Translations under genes and position numbers: made by a program
NCBI RefSeq assembly: GCF_050704245.1
Contig: NZ_CP077585.1
DNA length: 32,000 nt
Source of the DNA: Escherichia coli O111:H8
Lineage (GTDB): Bacteria > Pseudomonadota > Gammaproteobacteria > Enterobacterales > Enterobacteriaceae
Strand: one strand, 5' to 3'
Notes under the pieces: generated by a model
Seen by the model: the letters and a program-made list of their open reading frames with translations, nothing else
The model's database searches: none
What the model was told of the DNA's origin: nothing
Shown here: in pieces, positions 27,657 to 32,000 of the stretch
How positions within the stretch are numbered: position 1 is the first letter of the stretch
Layout: every line of letters begins with the position of its first letter

Positions 27657-27803
27657 GAAGCCCGCAGTGATATTTTTGATTACATCGAAATGTTTTATAA
27701 CAGTAAGCGTCGGCATGGTACTAGCGAACAGATGTCACCGACAGAATATGAAAACCAGTATTATCAACGGCTCGGAAGTGTCTAGATTATCCGTGGCGAT
27801 TCA
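27657..27803 (+). pseudogene. 3' remnant of another IS3-family transposase (orfB C-terminus) plus a putative right inverted repeat
   Basis: Frame 27657..27785 reads EARSDIFDYIEMFYNSKRRHGTSEQMSPTEYENQYYQRLGSV*, the typical C-terminal YNxxRRH motif of an IS3-family OrfB. The downstream gtgtctagattatccgtggcgattca resembles an IS3-type right end finishing in CA at 27803. Confidence 0.6.
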
Positions 27804-28041
27804 GAAAGCCAGTGTCTCTAAATCAATCATTAATGGTATATTTTATCGTCACAATAAAAATTATCTAAATTCTATTACTTATGTAAATAATCACAACCTT
27901 TTTATAGACACAAAAACTATGGCTGACGCATCACTTGCAATCAATTATCCGTCATTAGATTAATATTTTCACTTATTTTTCAGAAGGTAAAAATAACTTT
28001 CTATGCGTTTAAAATACCCGCTATAAATATCTTGTATATTA

Positions 28042-28069
28042 TTGACACTATATGATGCTATATGATACT
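28042..28069 (+). promoter_or_regulatory. Candidate sigma70 promoter for espG-rorf1
   Basis: TTGACA (28042..28047), a 16-nt spacer, then GATACT (28064..28069). It overlaps a tandem 10-bp duplication, ctatatgatg/ctatatgata. Confidence 0.4.
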
Positions 28070-29258
28070 TGTTGCCAAATTGTTCATTACAAACCAGATA
28101 GGAGAATCTCTCATGATAAATGGACTTAATAATGACTCCGCATCTTTAGTTTTAGATGCTGCAATGAAAGTTAATTCTGGGTTTAAAAAAAGCTGGGATG
28201 AGATGTCATGCGCTGAAAAGTTACTTAAAGTACTTAGTCTTGGTTTATGGAATCCAACGTACAGTCGTAGTGAAAGACAATCATTTCAAGAGTTGTTAAC
28301 CGTTTTAGAGCCTGTATCTCCACTTCCCAATGAATTAGGCAGAGTATCTGCTCGTTTTTCAGATGGCTCATCCTTAAGAATTTCCGTCACTAACAGCGAA
28401 AGTATTGAAGCCGAGATTCGCACACCAGATAATGAAAAGATTTTTGTGCTCCTAGAGTCAAACGAACAAAATAGGTTATTACAATCTTTACCCATCGATC
28501 GCCACATGCCATACATTCAGGTTCATCGTGCCTTATCTGAGATTGACCTGACTGATACTACCTCAATGCGCAATCTACTTGGTTTTACGTCAAAACTATC
28601 AACAACCTTGATTCCGCATAATGCTCAAACAGATCCGCTTTCCGGGCCTACACCATTCAGCTCTATCTTTATGGATACATGTCGAGGACTCGGCAATGCA
28701 AAGCTTTCACTCAATGGTGTTGATATACCTGCAAATGCACAAATGTTGCTTCGCGATGCACTAGGACTTAAAGACACACACTCATCACCTTCCCGGAATG
28801 TTATAGATCATGGTATTTCTCGCCATGATGCAGAGCAAATAGCAAGAGAAAGCAGCGGCAGCGATAATCAGAAAGCTGAAGTTGTGGAATTTTTATGCCA
28901 TCCAGAAGCAGCAACGGCCATATGCTCGGCTTTCTATCAATCTTTCAATGTGCCAGCCTTAACGTTGACACATGAAAGGATCTCTAAAGCCAGTGAATAC
29001 AATGCGGAAAGATCGTTAGATACACCTAACGCTTGCATTAACATAAGTATCTCTCAATCATCAGATGGAAACATTTATGTTACCAGCCATACCGGGGTTC
29101 TGATAATGGCGCCAGAAGACCGCCCCAACGAGATGGGCATGTTGACGAACAGGACTTCTTATGAAGTGCCGCAAGGTGTGAAATGTACAATCGATGAAAT
29201 GGTAAGAGCGCTACAACCAAGGTATGCTGCATCTGAAACGTACTTACAAAACACTTAA
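28062..29258 (+). CDS. espG: EspG (rOrf2), effector of the VirA/EspG family (ARF/PAK binding, Rab GAP)
   Basis: The 398-aa longest ORF matches EspG as I recall it (…MINGLNNDSASLVLDAAMKVNSGFKKSWDEMSCAEK…ASETYLQNT). An alternative start at the ATG at 28113 (381 aa) has a good AGGAG RBS 8 nt upstream. Confidence 0.92.
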   Translation: MILVAKLFITNQIGESLMINGLNNDSASLVLDAAMKVNSGFKKSWDEMSCAEKLLKVLSLGLWNPTYSRSERQSFQELLTVLEPVSPLPNELGRVSARFSDGSSLRISVTNSESIEAEIRTPDNEKIFVLLESNEQNRLLQSLPIDRHMPYIQVHRALSEIDLTDTTSMRNLLGFTSKLSTTLIPHNAQTDPLSGPTPFSSIFMDTCRGLGNAKLSLNGVDIPANAQMLLRDALGLKDTHSSPSRNVIDHGISRHDAEQIARESSGSDNQKAEVVEFLCHPEAATAICSAFYQSFNVPALTLTHERISKASEYNAERSLDTPNACINISISQSSDGNIYVTSHTGVLIMAPEDRPNEMGMLTNRTSYEVPQGVKCTIDEMVRALQPRYAASETYLQNT

Positions 29259-29385
29259 AATAAAACTTTATTAATCAAAACCAATAATAGAAATTACACC
29301 CACAATTATTAACAATTCACCCTGAAGTTAATTACAATTAAACAAAGATATTTGTTCTGCAAACAATTTACAGTAAATAGAGAAA

Positions 29386-30204
29386 ATGAAAAGAAAACCA
29401 TTAATTTCATTTTTCATTGCGATATTTATTATGCTAACCATATTAATATTATTTCCATTTAATTGTACTTACAAAAAATCACCTCAAGAACACTCACTTT
29501 CATTTATAAAACAATTACCAAATACGGTGAACTTATCATCTCTTACTTATAATAAAGAGGATGATTTCCTGTATGCCACCCAGAATAGCCCTGCACAGCT
29601 ATTTAAAATAACCAAAAGTGGCGACATCATGGACAGAGCCCCGCTGCCTTTTATCTCTGATGCTGAAACAATTGAACACATACAAGGGAACATTTTTGCT
29701 GCAGTAGACGAAAACACTTCTGAACTATTCTTTTTTACAGTTACAAAAGATATGCATATCTCCTTTCGAAATAAAATTCAGTTAGAAAAATTCAATAAAA
29801 AGAATAGAGGATTTGAAGGGCTGGCATGGAAAGCAGATGATCGGATGCTGTTTGTCGCAAAAGAAAGACGCCCAAGTAAAATATTTATATATCAACTTTC
29901 TCCAGACCTGCTGAGTGTAAAGCAAGCAACTATTCCAGAGGAACTAAATGATATACGTATTAACGATATATCCGGCCTGGCCTTTAATAATGAAAGTCTG
30001 ATGATTCTGTCCGATGAATCGCGTAACTTACTCAAGTTTAACCTGACAGAGATGTCTTTCATTGAGATGCTTGACCTGACAAAAGGAAATCATTCTCTGA
30101 CCAGTGATTTGCCCCAACCTGAAGGAATTGTAACTCTGTCTGATGAAAGCATTTATGTTGCCAGTGAACCTGATATCCTCGCGAAATTTGTCCCTAATAA
30201 GTAA
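29386..30204 (+). CDS. rorf1: rOrf1, LEE-associated membrane-anchored protein of unclear function
   Basis: 272 aa with an N-terminal hydrophobic anchor (LISFFIAIFIMLTILILFPF). It follows espG, as in the espG-rorf1 transcription unit. The identification rests on size, context and remembered sequence. Confidence 0.8.
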   Translation: MKRKPLISFFIAIFIMLTILILFPFNCTYKKSPQEHSLSFIKQLPNTVNLSSLTYNKEDDFLYATQNSPAQLFKITKSGDIMDRAPLPFISDAETIEHIQGNIFAAVDENTSELFFFTVTKDMHISFRNKIQLEKFNKKNRGFEGLAWKADDRMLFVAKERRPSKIFIYQLSPDLLSVKQATIPEELNDIRINDISGLAFNNESLMILSDESRNLLKFNLTEMSFIEMLDLTKGNHSLTSDLPQPEGIVTLSDESIYVASEPDILAKFVPNK

Positions 30205-30333
30205 GTCTGTCACTGGCATTATTATTTATCGACCAAATCTGGCAATCTCATAAAGTTATAAAAATACGAGTATAATTTTACGCTAAAATAAACACATTAA
30301 TAGCTGAAAAGGACATCAGCTATTATCAACCAG

Positions 30334-30670
30334 TGGATTTGCCCCTATATTTCCAGACATCTGTTATCACTTAACCCATTACAAGCCCGCTGCCGCAGAT
30401 ATTCCCGTGGCGAGCGATAACCCAGTGCACTATGCGGATGCCATTCGTTATAATGCTCGAACGCCTCTGCAAGGTTCTTTGCTGCCGTTAACCCGTCTGG
30501 TTTGGGCATGATACTTATGTAATCACGCTTTATCGTTTTCACGAAGCTCTCTGCTATTCCGCTACTCTCCGGACTCCGCACTGCCGTGTTCTTCGGTTCA
30601 AGTCCCAACATCCTGGCGAACTGACGTGTTTCATTCGCCCGGTAGCATGAACCATTATCCGTCAGCCACT
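30334..30670 (-). mobile_element. IS2 fragment: right inverted repeat plus the 3' ~110 codons of orfB (InsD)
   Basis: TGGATTTGCCCCTATATTTCCAGACATCTGTTATCACTTAACCC at 30334 is the IS2 right inverted repeat. The minus-strand translation reads ...[50 protein letters not shown]...SDNRCLEI*. Homology stops abruptly near 30670. Confidence 0.85.
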
Positions 30671-30733
30671 TGTTCTTGCCCCCTTATTTCCAGACAACCA
30701 ATATCACTTAAATAAGTGATAGTCTTAATACTA
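30671..30733 (+). repeat. IS2-like left terminal repeat in the opposite orientation to the adjacent IS2 fragment
   Basis: tgttcttgcccccttatttCCAGACAACCAATATCACTTAAATAAGTGATAGTCTTAATACTA. The inner ~45 nt match the IS2 left inverted repeat region as I remember it. The outer ~20 nt differ and look more like the right repeat. It is cut at a TA by the IS630-like element. Confidence 0.45.
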
Positions 30734-31882
30734 AATAGCTGTGCCTAATACCGCTACACTTTTGCCTGTCCATAATTACCTCCGGGGAATGGGCTGACGG
30801 TTCCCATAAAATGGTGAATCTTTTTCAGCAACTACCACATTGAACGGCACTGATGGTTGTGCGTTATTGTGTCGTGAAGCGCCTGCCATAGCCGTTCAAC
30901 GTGATTCACCCATGGAGAGTAAACCAGCTGATAAATCACCCTGAACTTCGGATTCTGCTTCAGCCAGCGCTGTGTTTCCCGGCTTTTGTGGATGATGTAG
31001 TTGTCCACGATGAGCATGATAGTTTTAGACCGTCGGTATGTCGATTTCAGGTGTTTCAACAGACTGATAAATAAAGTGGAGCTCTTGCTGTTGCCACCCA
31101 CATAACTCACTTTTCCCGTTCCGCTGTGTAACGCGCCAGCCAGATAATATTTTTCATTCTGACCCGGCGTCACCACGTGTTTTTGCTGTCCGCGAAGCTG
31201 CCAGCCCGCACCGATTTTGGGATTAGGGTGGATATCCACTTCATCTTCATAAAATACCGGATGCTCTGGGCTGCATTCGTCCAGTGCTTTATGAATTGCC
31301 ACCATCTTTTCATCTTTATGCGGGTCACGGATACGCAGAGTTGGCGCTGCTCTGCGCCACACCAGCCCCGCAGACGACAACCAGCGGCGCACGGTTCCGG
31401 CATGTAACTGACATCCGGTTATCTCATTGATTTTTATTGCCAACAGTTCTGTGCTTCAGCGTGAACGCTGGTAGCCAAAGTCGCCAGGAGAATGTTTTAC
31501 CAGCTCACGTAACAGTGTACAGATATGTTCAAATGACCAGCGGCGGGCACGCCCGGCGGGTAATGATTTCAGTCCATCAACACCCGACTGTGTGAACCAG
31601 TTAATCCAGCGCCCGACAGATGAACGGGCGAAACAGAGCGTTCTGGCAACGTCACTGACGCGAGCGCTCCGGTGCAGCATCAGCATGGCGGTCAGCCTGC
31701 GGGCATAATTTTTATCGTGAGTTTTATAGATTGCTTTTTGCATCAGGCGTCATTCGTCGCGGGGAATTGGTGCTATGATCGGCATCGCTCAGTCCGGTTA
31801 GGGGGGGATTTTTGGCGATTGATCAGATCGCACAATCCGGGCTGAGTTCCCTTTCATTGATCTACTATTCGGCGCAGCTATT
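30734..31882 (-). mobile_element. IS630-family element (1149 bp) flanked by a TA duplication
   Basis: Its terminal inverted repeats are AATAGCTGTGCC (30734) and GGCGCAGCTATT (ending 31882). A TA lies on each side (30732..33 and 31883..84). The internal ORFs match the IS630 transposase. Confidence 0.85.
30754..31785 (-). pseudogene. IS630-type transposase inactivated by three in-frame stop codons
   Basis: The minus-strand frame reads MPIIAPIPRDE*RLMQKAIYKTHDKNYARRL...GYQRSR*STELLAIKINEITG...HNHQCRSMW*LLKKIHHFMGTVSPFPGGNYGQAKV*. The two track ORFs (31456..31743 and 30832..31443) are pieces of this one frame. Confidence 0.85.
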
Positions 31883-32000
31883 TAGTTGGTGATTTTGAAC
31901 TTCTGCTTTGCTACTAAGCAGCCTGCGTTTTCAGGAAAATACGTGATGTGATCCTGCAACTCAGCAACAGTTCGGTTGATTCAACAAAGCGTTTTTTAAC

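Noticed and set aside
27667-27963. 98-aa plus-strand ORF between IS3 and espG
   Set aside because: It starts at a non-ATG codon inside the transposase remnant, out of frame with it, then runs through AT-rich spacer. There is no RBS or homology.
25950-30333. The idea that espG/rorf1 following espF merely reflects a circularised or permuted LEE (excised island joined end to end)
   Set aside because: A simple circular junction would place rorf1 first and both genes on the minus strand. Here espG comes first and both are on the plus strand. The segment is also separated from espF by IS elements, so the event is an inversion plus translocation.
1-32000. The possibility that the window holds a novel or undescribed system (defence island, new secretion system, CRISPR, toxin-antitoxin)
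   Set aside because: Every substantial ORF is accounted for by a known LEE gene or a known IS family. There are no CRISPR-like arrays, tRNA/rRNA genes or unexplained multi-gene blocks. The unusual parts are rearrangements and repeats, not new genes.

Overview
This window is almost entirely the locus of enterocyte effacement (LEE), the well-described type III secretion (T3SS) pathogenicity island of attaching-and-effacing enterobacteria (EPEC/EHEC/Citrobacter rodentium group). I identified it by reading the supplied ORF translations and comparing them with LEE proteins from memory. No database search was possible.

Gene order in the window:
- etgA (partial, minus strand)
- grlR-grlA
- LEE2 on the minus strand: cesD-escC-sepD-escJ-escI-espZ
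- LEE3: orf12/cesL-escV-escN-escO-escP-sepQ-espH
- cesF (minus strand), then map
- LEE5: tir-cesT-eae
- escD (minus strand)
- LEE4: sepL-espA-espD-espB-cesD2-escF-escG-espF

All core genes look intact. LEE1 (ler to escU) lies upstream of the window.

I found no previously undescribed system, and the core is textbook LEE. The non-canonical content is at the right end (about 25.9-32 kb):
- An ERIC repeat lies inside what looks like the espF terminator hairpin.
- An intact 1258-bp IS3 has no target duplication and sits between IS3-family remnants.
- espG and rorf1 follow. In the prototype LEE they sit at the opposite (ler-proximal) end in the opposite orientation.
- After them come a truncated IS2, an IS2-like terminal repeat, and an IS630-like element whose transposase carries three premature stops.

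Smaller features worth a second look:
- an in-frame 9-bp (Met-Ser-X) microsatellite in espF
- nucleotide-identical 138-bp proline-rich repeats in espF
- a G11 homopolymer between tir and cesT
- four dyad symmetries in the LEE2/LEE3 divergent promoter
- a lambda-PL-like promoter that overlaps the longest-ORF start of espG

Strain and species cannot be assigned from the sequence alone.
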